From Elusimicrobiota bacterium (GTDB lineage: Bacteria > Elusimicrobiota > Elusimicrobia > F11), in NCBI GenBank assembly GCA_044221725.1, contig JBGAON010000001.1, forward strand, positions 1 to 64,000: a stretch of 64,000 nt of DNA, given 5' to 3'. The notes beneath the pieces were generated by a model. That model was not told the origin of the DNA. It saw nothing but the letters and a program-made list of their open reading frames with translations, and made no database searches. A program made the translations under genes and the position numbers. The first letter of the stretch is position 1. Each line of letters opens with the position of its first letter. This document shows, piece after piece, positions 26,491-37,323 of this stretch.

Positions 26491-28050
26491 TTACTTTTCG
26501 GGTGGTAACAAATCTTTGGGATCTGTTACTTTTTCCATCCCCAATAGAAACAGGCCAATCATGAGATAGGCAAACACGAACCATGGAGCCGCCATCCAGT
26601 GCAGAGACGAATGAATGCCGGAGGGTGTTAATTCGTAGGTATGAATCAGGCCAACGGCCGACAAGAGGGCGCCAACGAAGCTCCACAGGGCCGCGCGCCG
26701 GAATTGACGATCAATCACATAAGCGAGTATCGCCGACAACACAATCGCGATCAGCAAGAAACCTTGATAGAGCGACAAAATTCCTTCGATGTAAATCTCG
26801 CCGTGAAACTGATCGAAGGCATCGTAGAGATTGGTTCCGGCCACGCGAAGCGACGTTTCGATGATATTGAGTACCCATGCTGCTAGCGGAGGAATAAATC
26901 CGAGAACGACGGCGATCGCGTGTCGTTTTTCCGTTTTCACGAACGCTTCCGAAACAATCACGAGGCCAATCCACACGAGGATGCCGAGCGTCGCTTCGAC
27001 CGGCATGACTTTCAAAATGGCGTTGATACCGCCGAAGAAACAAAGGAACGCGATTGCCACGCCGTTTAGCGTCGAATAACCGGTGCGTGCGCCCATGGAC
27101 TTCCAGCCCGGGTGCCCGATATAAATGGACGTTGGAAACGGACTTCCGAACAAACAGGCCAACAAGGAGGTCAGGCCATTCACAAGCAGCGCTGGTTTCG
27201 GTTCAAATTCGTCGCCCGCCGCTTCGGCACTTTCCAAGTTTTGGATTGATCCAATTACATTAAAAAGGGCTACAGGAATCACGACGGGCAAATATTGCCA
27301 CGCGGTCGCATCAAATAGGATCGAGGTAAGACTTCCAATGGCCGGGGTTGGGAAATGAAACGAGAATTGCACGGGTTCTTTCAGCAGAACGAAGTCAAAC
27401 AATCCAAGCGATTTAAGAATCCAAGCGATGGCTCCGCCGAGAAGCATTGCTGCGAGGCCGCCCGGCATTCGAAACGGTAAACGAACGCGCGCCGCATACA
27501 CACAAAAAATCAACATGGTCGGAACAAGCGCGATCGCCGCCGACGAGAAGATTTGGATCGAGAAACCCAACGCGATGAACGACAGCGCCACGCCACCCAA
27601 TCCGGACAAAAGAGCCGCGCGCGGCGTATTTCGTTTGATCCAACCGCCAACAAACGCGCCAAGCGTTTCGATAATGCCGCTCATCATGCAGGCGGCAAGT
27701 CCCACCTTCCACGCCAAATCCGAGTCTCCAGTTTCGTTGTAAACCGGGCTCATGACGAGAAACACGAACGCCAAGAGGCTCACTGTGTTGATTCCAAAAG
27801 GCAGTGCGGTGACCGTGGTGCGATCGAGCTTGTGAGCCAATTTGCGAGCCTGCCACGCATAAAAAATATTTCCGATGAATATCGACAAGCCGGCGCCGGG
27901 CAGAATGCGACCCGTAATGAACTCGACGGGAAAACCGCAGGCGTAGCGACACATCACGGTGATCAGCATCAGTTGGATAACGTTATCGACAAACAATCCG
28001 AAGAATCCGTCTAAATCGCCGCGCACAAACCACTGATGCTTGCGTTTCAT
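26491..28050 (-). CDS. NCS2-like (nucleobase) permease
   Basis: GDLDGFFGLFVDN, TALPFGINT, QNLESAEAAGD, YIGHPGWK; many TM helices. Confidence 0.8.
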   Translation of the reverse strand: MKRKHQWFVRGDLDGFFGLFVDNVIQLMLITVMCRYACGFPVEFITGRILPGAGLSIFIGNIFYAWQARKLAHKLDRTTVTALPFGINTVSLLAFVFLVMSPVYNETGDSDLAWKVGLAACMMSGIIETLGAFVGGWIKRNTPRAALLSGLGGVALSFIALGFSIQIFSSAAIALVPTMLIFCVYAARVRLPFRMPGGLAAMLLGGAIAWILKSLGLFDFVLLKEPVQFSFHFPTPAIGSLTSILFDATAWQYLPVVIPVALFNVIGSIQNLESAEAAGDEFEPKPALLVNGLTSLLACLFGSPFPTSIYIGHPGWKSMGARTGYSTLNGVAIAFLCFFGGINAILKVMPVEATLGILVWIGLVIVSEAFVKTEKRHAIAVVLGFIPPLAAWVLNIIETSLRVAGTNLYDAFDQFHGEIYIEGILSLYQGFLLIAIVLSAILAYVIDRQFRRAALWSFVGALLSAVGLIHTYELTPSGIHSSLHWMAAPWFVFAYLMIGLFLLGMEKVTDPKDLLPPEK

Positions 28051-28736
28051 TTGTTGTTTCCTCCCAAGGCTGTTTTTGTTGCGGTCGGCAGAACAAACGG
28101 CACAGGCGCCGGAAAATAGTGTTCCCGCCGATTGCGCCGCCGTGGTCCCAGCGACAACGTGTTTGAATTTAACGAAGGCGCAGGTTCTCGGGTTTCGTTC
28201 CGTTCGAGCGGAGGAAGCGCGACCGGTACGGCCGAGCGCGGTTGCGCCACACGCGGTAATTTCGGCGTGTCGAGCCAAATGCGGTCGACAATCGCGGACG
28301 CGGCTGCGAGGATCTCACCGGTTTCAATTTTTATAACCCGCGCGAGAACTTCGGTGCTAAGGTCGGATAGATCGGTTAATGTTCCGGTAACAATGGCGTC
28401 AACGCCAAGAATAGTGCCGACGGATTTGAGCGTGCTTACGTCGACGAGTCCGGTCTGCCACAGCTTTCTTTCTTCTAGAATTTTTCGAAGCAAACGGCGC
28501 TCGACGACGCGGGCACCGTCTTGAACCATGTACGTCACAAGGCGCTCGGACACCAAATGCGAACCCGTGCTCGAACGATTGCGTGAATACGGGAAATTAA
28601 GAACGGCGATTGTTGTGTTCGTCCGACCGATCCCGGTCATAAGCTTTTTGGAAACCGTGCGCAGATTGTCTGTCGCCCAACTTTGATGCACGAGAATCCA
28701 AATCAACGTCAGCGCCATCGTGCCGCGGCGCCTCAT
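28047..28736 (-). CDS. FlgO/CsgG-like domain protein with a low-complexity basic tail
   Basis: IAVLNF, VVERRLLRKILEE, LGVDAIVTGTL, ARVIKIETGEILAA. Confidence 0.75.
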   Translation of the reverse strand: MRRRGTMALTLIWILVHQSWATDNLRTVSKKLMTGIGRTNTTIAVLNFPYSRNRSSTGSHLVSERLVTYMVQDGARVVERRLLRKILEERKLWQTGLVDVSTLKSVGTILGVDAIVTGTLTDLSDLSTEVLARVIKIETGEILAAASAIVDRIWLDTPKLPRVAQPRSAVPVALPPLERNETREPAPSLNSNTLSLGPRRRNRREHYFPAPVPFVLPTATKTALGGNNK

Positions 28737-29224
28737 TGAGCAAGACTCCGTTTGGATGCCCACGTTTGTTGGACAATTGTTCGGCTGGCGGCGACGACGA
28801 GCCCCGTATCGGAACGGAGCGCTCGCGCGTTCACCTCGCATTCTCCGTGTGGTAGGTTGATAAGCGTTCCGGTAACGATAATCGCGGCTCCCAACGTATC
28901 TCCGATGATTTTCGCTGACGACGGATCGAGCACGCCCGTCTCAGAGAGGTGCAATTCTTCCAGCACTTGGACAATATGATGGCGTTCAACCACGGGAAAG
29001 TTTTTTTCGGCTGCGAGAAAACCGGCGAGTTTTTCGGAAACCATAAAGGGGCCGTCGCTTTCACGGTCATCATGATGCGGCAATGCCAGCACCGCGACTT
29101 GGACTTTCCCTTGTTTCCGAATGCCCGCCGACAATTCAGCTGCCACGCGTTTTAGCGGATCGGTTTCGGTCGCACGAGCGTGGGGCGTTAGCACGAGCAA
29201 GCCCAAAAAGAGCAGGCGGTTCAT
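28733..29224 (-). CDS. FlgO/CsgG-like domain exported protein
   Basis: Signal peptide; VVERHHIVQVLEELHLSETG, IGDTLGAAIIVTGTL, VNARAL. Confidence 0.75.
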   Translation of the reverse strand: MNRLLFLGLLVLTPHARATETDPLKRVAAELSAGIRKQGKVQVAVLALPHHDDRESDGPFMVSEKLAGFLAAEKNFPVVERHHIVQVLEELHLSETGVLDPSSAKIIGDTLGAAIIVTGTLINLPHGECEVNARALRSDTGLVVAASRTIVQQTWASKRSLAQ

Positions 29225-29313
29225 TGGACAAATTTGGCCGGAAAACGGAGTCAAATCCAGCCTCGTTTCTATTTTCCCGTGCTGTTGATATACTCGGATC
29301 GCCACGCATCAGA

Positions 29314-29403
29314 GGAGGGGTCGCATAGTGGCCTAGTGCGGCGGTTTGCTAAACCGCTATACGGGGTAAACCCGTATCGAGGGTTCGAATCCCTCCCCCT
29401 CCG
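29314..29403 (+). tRNA. tRNA-Ser(GCT), CCA not encoded
   Basis: Acceptor stem GGAGGGG/CCCCTCC; anticodon arm GCGGT-TTGCTAA-ACCGC; long variable arm; GGTTCGAATCC T-arm; discriminator G. Confidence 0.96.
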
Positions 29404-29442
29404 ATCATTTGGTTCGTTCCCACAATCACGAAATCATCCTTC

Positions 29443-31137
29443 ATGGAATCGTTACCCCACCACAAAAAACTGTTCGTGCGAGTGTTTGTTCTCGCGCTCG
29501 GCCTCGTGGCATTTCCTTGGATCCTTTCATTCCATGTCACTGTGTTTGGGCAACTGATTTCCGTTTCAAGTCCTGGCGACGCGATCGGAATCATTATTGC
29601 TTTGGCCGGTGTTGCAATGTTCGTGTCCGAAGCATTCCGGCGTTGGATTTTTCATCAAGCCGCGCAGATTGAGCAGCTCGCGGATCTCGAGAAGACCCGA
29701 CTGTTGGTGGGTCTTGTGGTCGTTTATTTTTTGGGCGTCGTGAGTTACAAACTCCGTGCGCATTACCTTTTGCGCACGCACGCGTACGATCTTGGCTATT
29801 TCTCAAACGTGTGTTGGAACACAGCGAACGGCCGTCCGTTTTTTACGTCGGAGTTGGAACGTAACTTCCTAGGCGTGCACGTGAATTGGATTTTATGGCC
29901 GCTGTCGTTGGTGTATCACGCTTATTCGAGCGCCACCGTTTTGTTAATTGCTCAGGCGGCATTTGTCGCGGCTTGTCTGCCGATTCTTTGGCGTTTAACA
30001 CAGTCCGTTACCGGATCGTTCTGTGCCGGCGGTCTCGCGACTCTGTTGTTTGTCTGCTCGCCGTATGTTGGCCACTCCGTTTCGAACGATTTTCACCCCG
30101 ATTTGTGGCAACTGCCATGCTTGTTCGCCGCGCTCGCGGCGTGGTCGAAAAAGGAAAGGTCCTGGCTTTTGTTTTTTTCGATGTTCGCGCTTATGGCAAA
30201 AGAAGATGTGTCCGTGGTTTTGTGCGGATTTGCCGTTATGCTTTTTCTTCAAAGAGAGTGGCGGGCAACCGCGGTTGCGTTGGCCGTTATTGCGCTCGGA
30301 GCGTTCTATTTTCACATTAAAATTGTGATCCCCACGTTTGTCGGTTCGGGTGAGACGTCGCTTCTGTACGATCGCTACCGAATGCTGGGTGGTAACTTCG
30401 CAGAGATGGCTGCAAATCTCGTTCATCATCCGTCGCGTTGGTGGGCTGCTATTCTTAATGAACCGATAAAATACTGGCGGTTCATCTCTTATTTCTTCAC
30501 GGTTGGTGGACTTGTGCTGTTCGCGCCACTGTTTGTGGTTCCTCCTATTATTAGCGTTTTGCCCCATTTTTTGTCTCAGGCCAGTACGCAATTGGAGCTG
30601 GCCGACATCTACGCGCTTCCCTCGCAACCTTTTTTGTTTGTGGGAGGCGTCATTGGGGCCAGGTATTTGGTTGAGCGACACGGCGCCAAAATTGTTCCGT
30701 CACTCGTGGGATTGTTGTTCATCGTTTCCGGCGTTGGGCTTTTCAATGCGCCCCGTTATTTCCGTTCGCTTTCGTTGGAGCGGCGAGCGGCGTTCTCCGA
30801 AGTGGAGAAACTCATTCCGCCGACCGCTTCGGTGGCCGCGCAACAAAATCTGCAACCCCACTTCTCCGAACGGCGATACATTCAGCTTTTTCCGATTCAT
30901 CGCGCGACAGCAATCACCCAGACGCGCGCTCTAAAAAATCCGGAATTTGTATTGGCGGACCGTATTGGTAACGCGTTGCCGTATAGCGGAGAAGCCTTGC
31001 ACAAAGCAATTGAAGACTTTGAGAGCGATCCGCGATATGAAAAAATTTACGAGAAAGAGAATTTTATCCTGTTCAAACGAAAGGCGAACGAGCCTTTGCG
31101 TTGGGAAATTTACACTAATGAACCGCCTTCAAAATGA
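29443..31137 (+). CDS. DUF2079-like polytopic membrane protein (putative GT-C glycosyltransferase)
   Basis: AYDLGYF, FLGVH, DFHPD, AKED and IPPTASVAA motifs. Confidence 0.75.
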   Translation: MESLPHHKKLFVRVFVLALGLVAFPWILSFHVTVFGQLISVSSPGDAIGIIIALAGVAMFVSEAFRRWIFHQAAQIEQLADLEKTRLLVGLVVVYFLGVVSYKLRAHYLLRTHAYDLGYFSNVCWNTANGRPFFTSELERNFLGVHVNWILWPLSLVYHAYSSATVLLIAQAAFVAACLPILWRLTQSVTGSFCAGGLATLLFVCSPYVGHSVSNDFHPDLWQLPCLFAALAAWSKKERSWLLFFSMFALMAKEDVSVVLCGFAVMLFLQREWRATAVALAVIALGAFYFHIKIVIPTFVGSGETSLLYDRYRMLGGNFAEMAANLVHHPSRWWAAILNEPIKYWRFISYFFTVGGLVLFAPLFVVPPIISVLPHFLSQASTQLELADIYALPSQPFLFVGGVIGARYLVERHGAKIVPSLVGLLFIVSGVGLFNAPRYFRSLSLERRAAFSEVEKLIPPTASVAAQQNLQPHFSERRYIQLFPIHRATAITQTRALKNPEFVLADRIGNALPYSGEALHKAIEDFESDPRYEKIYEKENFILFKRKANEPLRWEIYTNEPPSK

Positions 31138-32926
31138 AAAAAGCCCCTATTTGCGTCAGCACGCTGAGAATCCTGTTGAATGGTACGCGTGGAATGACGA
31201 AACGCTCGCGCTGGCGAAAAAGTTAAACAAACCAATTTTTCTGTCCATTGGATATTCAACGTGTCATTGGTGTCACGTGATGGCCCACGAAAGCTTCGAA
31301 AATAAAAAGATTGCGGCGTTTATGAACCAGCATTTCGTGAATATCAAAGTGGACCGCGAGGAACGTCCGGACGTGGACGCTATCTACATGATGGCGGTTC
31401 AGGCCTTGACCGGGTCCGGCGGGTGGCCGATGTCCGTGTGGCTCACGCCAGAACTGAAGCCGTACTATGCGGGCACCTATTTCCCCCCCGAAGACCGCTA
31501 TGGTCGCCCCGGATTTTCGTCGGTTCTTGAACAACTCGCCGAAATTTGGAGCGATGAGCGTGCCAAGATCTTTGAGTCGGCCGATCAGATCACCGACATG
31601 TTGGCGCAATACACGACCGAAAAGTCAAATGGCGCTGCCGCGTCGTTTCCTATCGACCGCGTCGCGGAAACCGCTTTTGGTTTTATCGAAGCCCAGTTCG
31701 ATTCGAAAGAGGGCGGTTTTGGCCCGGCCCCCAAGTTTCCAATGCCTGTCTATATGAATTTCCTGCTCGAGTATTTTCGTTCGGCAAAAAAAGAAAAGGC
31801 CCTTACGATGGCCGCGTTCACGATGCAGAAAATATCTGCTGGTGGAATTTACGATCACTTGGGCGGTGGATTCGCCCGTTATGCCACCGACGATAAGTGG
31901 GTGATCCCGCATTTTGAAAAAATGCTGTACGACAATGCGCAGTTAATTTCGGTGGCCGCTGTTTTATACGAACTCACGAAAAACGCGCGGTGGGCGAATC
32001 TCGTTCGCGACGCAATTGGCTATGTTCGACGTGATCTGGCGCACGCAGCAGGGGGTTTCTATTCCGCCGAAGACGCGGATAGCGAAGGAAAAGAAGGCAC
32101 ATTTTATTTGTGGACGTTGCACGAGCTCGCCCAGATCCTTAATCCCGATCAACTGAAAGAATTTCTTGGCTATTTCCCCGTCACTGTCGATGGAAATTTT
32201 GTTGACCCGCACGTCCGGGAAACCGGAAAGAACGTGTTGACGAGAAAGAAAGACGGCGACGGACCGCCAATCGTTAAAGAAGCGAAGCGTGTTCTTTTCG
32301 AATTCCGTGCCCGCCGCCCACGGCCGCATCGCGACGAAAAAATCCTCACCGAATGGAATGGGCTTATGATTTCGGCGCTCGTTAAATCCGGTTCCGCGTT
32401 GAACGATGAAACATATATTGCGGACGCCGCGCGGGCCGCGGATTTTGTGCACACAAATTTGTTTGACGATGCGACCAGGACCTTGTACCGAAGTTGGTGC
32501 GACGGGTCACGCTCCATTGCCGCTCAACAAAGTGATTACGCAATGTTGGTTCAGGCTTTGCTTGATTTGTACGACGCCACGAAGAATATGCGATGGTTGG
32601 ATTGGGCGAGCGCTCTTGAAAACATCCATGACCAAAAGTTCTTTGACCACGAGTTGGGCGGTTATTTTATGAACGAGCCGCGGCCGGATCTGTTGATACG
32701 CCTCAAAGATTCCACGGACAATGTTATTCCCTCCGGAAATTCGGTTGCGGTCAGCAATGGGTTGCGTTTGTCGAAGCTCACCGGCCGTGCGGAATTTCGT
32801 GAATATGCGACGAAAACGATTGCCGCGTATTCCCACCGGTTACAAAGTCAGCCGGGAGGGATGGTCACGTTGATTGGCGCGTTGCTCGAAGACGAACGAT
32901 CCAAGTTGTCTAACCAAACTATTTAG
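31118..32926 (+). CDS. YyaL/SSP411-family thioredoxin-domain protein
   Basis: [50 protein letters not shown]. Confidence 0.92.
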   Translation: MNRLQNEKSPYLRQHAENPVEWYAWNDETLALAKKLNKPIFLSIGYSTCHWCHVMAHESFENKKIAAFMNQHFVNIKVDREERPDVDAIYMMAVQALTGSGGWPMSVWLTPELKPYYAGTYFPPEDRYGRPGFSSVLEQLAEIWSDERAKIFESADQITDMLAQYTTEKSNGAAASFPIDRVAETAFGFIEAQFDSKEGGFGPAPKFPMPVYMNFLLEYFRSAKKEKALTMAAFTMQKISAGGIYDHLGGGFARYATDDKWVIPHFEKMLYDNAQLISVAAVLYELTKNARWANLVRDAIGYVRRDLAHAAGGFYSAEDADSEGKEGTFYLWTLHELAQILNPDQLKEFLGYFPVTVDGNFVDPHVRETGKNVLTRKKDGDGPPIVKEAKRVLFEFRARRPRPHRDEKILTEWNGLMISALVKSGSALNDETYIADAARAADFVHTNLFDDATRTLYRSWCDGSRSIAAQQSDYAMLVQALLDLYDATKNMRWLDWASALENIHDQKFFDHELGGYFMNEPRPDLLIRLKDSTDNVIPSGNSVAVSNGLRLSKLTGRAEFREYATKTIAAYSHRLQSQPGGMVTLIGALLEDERSKLSNQTI

Positions 32927-32940
32927 GTTTTAATTGGCGC

Positions 32941-33414
32941 ATGAGCGAAGTTTATATGTCCCGTGCTGGGTATGAAAAATTGATGGCCGAGTTGAAAATG
33001 CTCGAGCAACGCAAACGTGATTTGTCGCACGAAATAGGAGAAACGCGCGAACAGGGTGACTTGCGAGAAAACGCCGGGTATCATTTTGCGCGTGAAAAGC
33101 AGAGCGAGACGCTCCGCCGTATCGCGGAGCTCCACACGAAGATTTCGAACGCAAAAATAATCGATGACATGAATTTACCGAAGGACGAAGTGATCATCGG
33201 AATGAAAGTCACGATTCGCGAGGCCGGCACGAGCGACGATTACGAATACATCTTGGTGGGTCCGGAGGAATCTGATCCGGCCGCTGGAAAAATTTCCGTG
33301 CACGCACCCATTGCGCAGGGGTTGCTCGGTCACAAAAAGAACGACGACGTCGCCATCGATTTGCCGGGCGGAAAGACCACGTTCAAAATTCTCAAAATCG
33401 AACCGGCTCTCTAA
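32941..33414 (+). CDS. greA: Transcription elongation factor GreA
   Basis: GDLRENAGY, LVGPEESD, ISVHAPIAQGLLG. Confidence 0.93.
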   Translation: MSEVYMSRAGYEKLMAELKMLEQRKRDLSHEIGETREQGDLRENAGYHFAREKQSETLRRIAELHTKISNAKIIDDMNLPKDEVIIGMKVTIREAGTSDDYEYILVGPEESDPAAGKISVHAPIAQGLLGHKKNDDVAIDLPGGKTTFKILKIEPAL

Positions 33415-33423
33415 CTTACCTTC

Positions 33424-34590
33424 TTGAAACACCGATTCTTATCTTCCCCCAGCCGTGCCTTCCTCGGCGCCTTGTTGGTGGCGATGGCATCGCCGGGTTG
33501 CAGTCAAGCGCCCTCCGAAAATAAAAGCGCGGCCGCTGTTCCCCAGATTCCGCTGTGGGGCGATTTTCGGAACGATCGTCCCAGTTGCGTCCGAGGCATT
33601 CATGTAAGTGCCTATTACATGGGCAGCAAGAAAGGACGCGAGAAGATTGAAAAGTTACTCGCTGAAACAGAACTCAACACGGTCGTCATCGACATCAAAG
33701 AGTCCGAAGGCGATGTATTTATTCCTGGAATCGCGCTCGATGGAAAAAAGAATTACGTTCCCGCGATTAAAGACCTCAAAGAATATTTGGCGTTTTTAAA
33801 GGAGCGGGGGGTTTTTACGCTCGCTCGTTTGTGTGTGTTCCACGATGATCGTTTGCCGCGTGAAAAGCCGGATTGGGCTATTCACGCGTCGAAGCCGATC
33901 GCGAAAGCAGCGGAAAAGGGATATCGGTCGGATGTTTGGGTGGACCGAAAAGGGTCCGCGTGGGCCGACCCATACAATCATCATGTTTGGGATTACAATA
34001 TCGATATCGCGATGAAGGCGGCCGATCTCGGTTTTCAAGGTATTCAATTTGATTATATACGTTTCCCGTCGGACGGGCAGACAAGGCTTTGCGTTTATTC
34101 GAAGCCCCATTCGGCTGCTACTGCGGTTGAGGCGCTCGGAACGTTTCTCGAGCGCGCGCATCAGAAATTGCAAGCACGCGGCGTGGAGCTGTCCATTGAC
34201 GTGTTCGGTTTGGTTGGATCCACCGGCGATGATATGGGGATTGGTCAGCGCTTGAATCGGCTTGCGAATCATGTGGATGTGGTATCCCCGATGATGTATC
34301 CCTCGCACTACGCGCCCGGCGAGTACGGTATCGCAAATCCGAACGCAAATCCTTACGAAACGATCCACCGAAGCATTCGCGACACGAAGAAAACGTTGAA
34401 GGGAATAAACATCGAATTAAGACCGTATTTGCAGGATTTTAGTCTCGGAGTGAAGTACGACACAAAAATGGTCCGCGATCAGATCGATGCTGCGAATGAT
34501 CTTGGTATTAGTGAATGGTTGCTCTGGAATCCGGCGTGCCGCTACACAACCGGCGCATTGATGCCGGAAGAAAATAAGCCGGCCAATTAG
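33424..34590 (+). CDS. Putative glycoside hydrolase (DUF4015-like), probable lipoprotein
   Basis: N-terminal ..PGC lipobox-like sequence; LNTVVIDIK, IQFDYIRFP, SPMMYPSHY, RPYLQDF. Confidence 0.8.
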   Translation: MKHRFLSSPSRAFLGALLVAMASPGCSQAPSENKSAAAVPQIPLWGDFRNDRPSCVRGIHVSAYYMGSKKGREKIEKLLAETELNTVVIDIKESEGDVFIPGIALDGKKNYVPAIKDLKEYLAFLKERGVFTLARLCVFHDDRLPREKPDWAIHASKPIAKAAEKGYRSDVWVDRKGSAWADPYNHHVWDYNIDIAMKAADLGFQGIQFDYIRFPSDGQTRLCVYSKPHSAATAVEALGTFLERAHQKLQARGVELSIDVFGLVGSTGDDMGIGQRLNRLANHVDVVSPMMYPSHYAPGEYGIANPNANPYETIHRSIRDTKKTLKGINIELRPYLQDFSLGVKYDTKMVRDQIDAANDLGISEWLLWNPACRYTTGALMPEENKPAN

Positions 34591-36000
34591 TTAAGCAGCT
34601 TTCTTGCGATTCGCGTCTTCAACGTAAAGATGCAACTTTTCTCGTTGTTGTTCATGAGCAATCGCGTTCTCAATAGATAGAGCGGCTCGTGTGGCAAACG
34701 TGGTCGCGGTTTCCATGTCGATGTCCGATATTTTCTCGGTTGAAACTCGCCGCGTTGCGCGAATAATCCCCAATTCGTCCCCTTTGATATTTTTCAGCGG
34801 AAAAACGCTCGCCTGATCGTCTGCGATTTTCCCCCCGCGCCCCATCACCGTTTGGTAATTGTGGACCGTTGGCAAAAGAATCGACAAGTCGGCGGCGTCC
34901 GCTCCTAGAATCGTCATTATCCCATCCAACACAGCGGTGTACGTTTCCTTCGTTGAACGCGATGACGCGATGTTAGCCGCCATCACCCAGCTGTTCATTT
35001 CAAGAGATTTGCGGAGTTCTTCCATGCGATGCAAGCGTTGAATGGACAATCCCAACGACATCGCCACGAACTCAAGGAAAGATAGCTCGTCGGCGCCAAA
35101 CGCGTTTTTCCGTGGGCTCTCTACAACAAGTTCGCCGAACGTCTCGTTTTCGGCCCCGTTCACGGCCAGCTTAATTTTCGACCCAGCCGGGTGTCGGTCA
35201 TCGGTGTTCAGCGGGGTGTTCAAATCATCGAAGACAATATGGGATGAAGCTTCCAGCTTTGGACCAAGCCCTTCGTCCATAAGTTGAATTAACCGCGCGG
35301 CCACTTTGGGGCGCTCCGACAATGTCGTCATGTGATTGAGAGCCTCGGAAACAAGTGTCAAATTATTGAGCCGAAGTATTCGAAGTTCATCCACCGCATC
35401 TTGTTTTTTCAAGAACGCCAACGCGAGGCACGCGATACTCACCGTCAGCAGCATGAAAAATAACCGCGCAGCGATGTTGGCAACCATCGCCGATGACATG
35501 TCGCCCATGGGTTGAGACACGGCAAATGCGTAAAAAACCACACCACCGAAACCACTAAAAACAACAAGACGCGAGTCACGATGAAACGCGTGAATGACCA
35601 GTGGAATAAAATAAACAAAATACAATGGGCTGGTCATCCCCCCCGTAAAATACACCGACAACGACATAGCAGCAACGTCGAGCGAAGCAAAAACAAAATC
35701 CAGAGTTCGACCATGGCGCGAATTCATAAATGCGCTCGTGATGAGCAATTGGAGGACCGCGTAAATTGAAAATACCCACGTCATCGGCATGACCGACGGA
35801 ATGACCCCGCGCGCCGCGAGCACGTAGCAAGCAAGATACGAGGGAATCGCAATCCATGCCCGAACGGTATTATCGAAGCGGATTTTTTGCCATTGTGCGA
35901 GATGTTCGGATTCGGCTGTCGTCGTGCCAGCGGGCCGATCCTTGAAGGGCTGCAATGAGAAAAAGTCTTTAAGCTGGGGAATTTTCATATTTTCCGCCAT
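34591..36000 (-). CDS. Membrane protein with GAF-like cytoplasmic segments and no recognisable output domain
   Basis: TM block including YFTGGMTSPLYFVY; FGADELSFLEFVAMSLGLSIQ and FATRAALSIENA GAF-end motifs. Confidence 0.65.
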   Translation of the reverse strand: MAENMKIPQLKDFFSLQPFKDRPAGTTTAESEHLAQWQKIRFDNTVRAWIAIPSYLACYVLAARGVIPSVMPMTWVFSIYAVLQLLITSAFMNSRHGRTLDFVFASLDVAAMSLSVYFTGGMTSPLYFVYFIPLVIHAFHRDSRLVVFSGFGGVVFYAFAVSQPMGDMSSAMVANIAARLFFMLLTVSIACLALAFLKKQDAVDELRILRLNNLTLVSEALNHMTTLSERPKVAARLIQLMDEGLGPKLEASSHIVFDDLNTPLNTDDRHPAGSKIKLAVNGAENETFGELVVESPRKNAFGADELSFLEFVAMSLGLSIQRLHRMEELRKSLEMNSWVMAANIASSRSTKETYTAVLDGIMTILGADAADLSILLPTVHNYQTVMGRGGKIADDQASVFPLKNIKGDELGIIRATRRVSTEKISDIDMETATTFATRAALSIENAIAHEQQREKLHLYVEDANRKKAA

Positions 36001-36103
36001 CCCGGTTAGGGTTTGACGTCTTAAGTGTAACGGCCGTGACCAAAGTTACAAGGCGATCAGCCATCGGACATCGAAAATTCAAATTGATTTAACAAGCCGT
36101 TTT

Positions 36104-36622
36104 CTAAGGGGTATGGGTTGAGAAATTTTTTCTTCGAAAAATGTCCGTGTGGATGTTCGCGACCCGGTCTAGGAACAGTTGGCCATGCAAGTGGTCAATC
36201 TCATGTTGAAACGCCAAGGCTTCAAATCCTTCGGCTCGGATCCTTGTTCGTTCCCCCTCAAAATTTAACGTCTCGACAATCACGGTCTGATGCCGCTGAA
36301 CATTCGCAAGCACATCCGGGATAGATAGGCATCCCTCTCGCGGAATCTGAAGTCCCAATCCTTCAACTAATACAGGATTTATGAGGACGACAAATCCATG
36401 GCAGGATCCGGACGGCTTTCGCTTCGATCGGCCGACATCAATGACGCTGACTTGTTGCGATACTCCAATTTGTGGCGCGGCCAGTCCCACTCCGGGGGAA
36501 GCGTACATCGTAAGTTTGAGATCATTAATGAGGTGCGCAAGTTTTGAATCGAACGTATTTATTGGTTCGCAGGGTCGGGACAAGCATGGATCCGGAAAAA
36601 GACGAATGGGGCGAATGGCCAT
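36104..36622 (-). CDS. def: Peptide deformylase
   Basis: GVGLAAPQIG, EGCLS, QHEIDHLHG. Confidence 0.95.
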   Translation of the reverse strand: MAIRPIRLFPDPCLSRPCEPINTFDSKLAHLINDLKLTMYASPGVGLAAPQIGVSQQVSVIDVGRSKRKPSGSCHGFVVLINPVLVEGLGLQIPREGCLSIPDVLANVQRHQTVIVETLNFEGERTRIRAEGFEALAFQHEIDHLHGQLFLDRVANIHTDIFRRKNFSTHTP

Positions 36623-37152
36623 TAAAGAGTTTGAGTGGCGAGCGCTTCCAAGGTAATTTTCGCCCGCAGTTGGCGGCCAAGCTTGGCCAGATTCGAACGA
36701 AGTCTCTTTTCGTTATCGGATCGTACGAACTCTCCTTCAAGCAAAACGATAAATCCCGCTTGGGTCCCTGCGGTCGTGCGGTGGGTTGAGACGTCCGTGA
36801 TATTGAAGCCCTGATTCGCCAGAGCTTCTGTGACGAAATAAACAATTCCGGGTTGATCCGGCCCGTGCACGCGTACAATGAATTTTTGTTTTTTGCTCGG
36901 TTGGAAACGCGCTTGTGCGGAGGAGATCTTTTTCAATCCCACATTTACATCTTTCAACGCGCGTTGTTTCGAAAATATATTCTCGGAAAGAGATTTTTCT
37001 GAGCTTACAATAACAAACATCGCGAATTCCGAACCGAGCCGCATCATCGACGAATCTTCAAGGTTGCAGTCGTGATCGAAAAGAAACTTTGTGATGGCGC
37101 ATACAAAGCCCGGTCGATCTTTGCCGGTTGCCCAGATCAAATAGTGATTCAC
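36622..37152 (-). CDS. Tandem-ACT-domain protein (GcvR-like)
   Basis: GKDRPGFV...NLEDSSM and GPDQPGIV...NITDV repeats. Confidence 0.85.
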   Translation of the reverse strand: MNHYLIWATGKDRPGFVCAITKFLFDHDCNLEDSSMMRLGSEFAMFVIVSSEKSLSENIFSKQRALKDVNVGLKKISSAQARFQPSKKQKFIVRVHGPDQPGIVYFVTEALANQGFNITDVSTHRTTAGTQAGFIVLLEGEFVRSDNEKRLRSNLAKLGRQLRAKITLEALATQTL

Positions 37153-37323
37153 AAAATGAGATTATCAAAATTCCAATAAATTCATGGGTTATTTGGTATA
37201 TTCTGCGCCTTCGTTTGCAAGTGATTTTCCCTCGGTTGGTTCTCATTCCTGCCACGATTTGCTTGAACGATTTTATTCGACACGTTTTTGGAGGCAGTAA
37301 AATTTTTTATGGGCGTTGGTACT

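Noticed and set aside
29314..29450. tRNA-Ser as a genomic-island integration site
   Set aside because: No duplicated tRNA 3' end and no adjacent integrase in the window.
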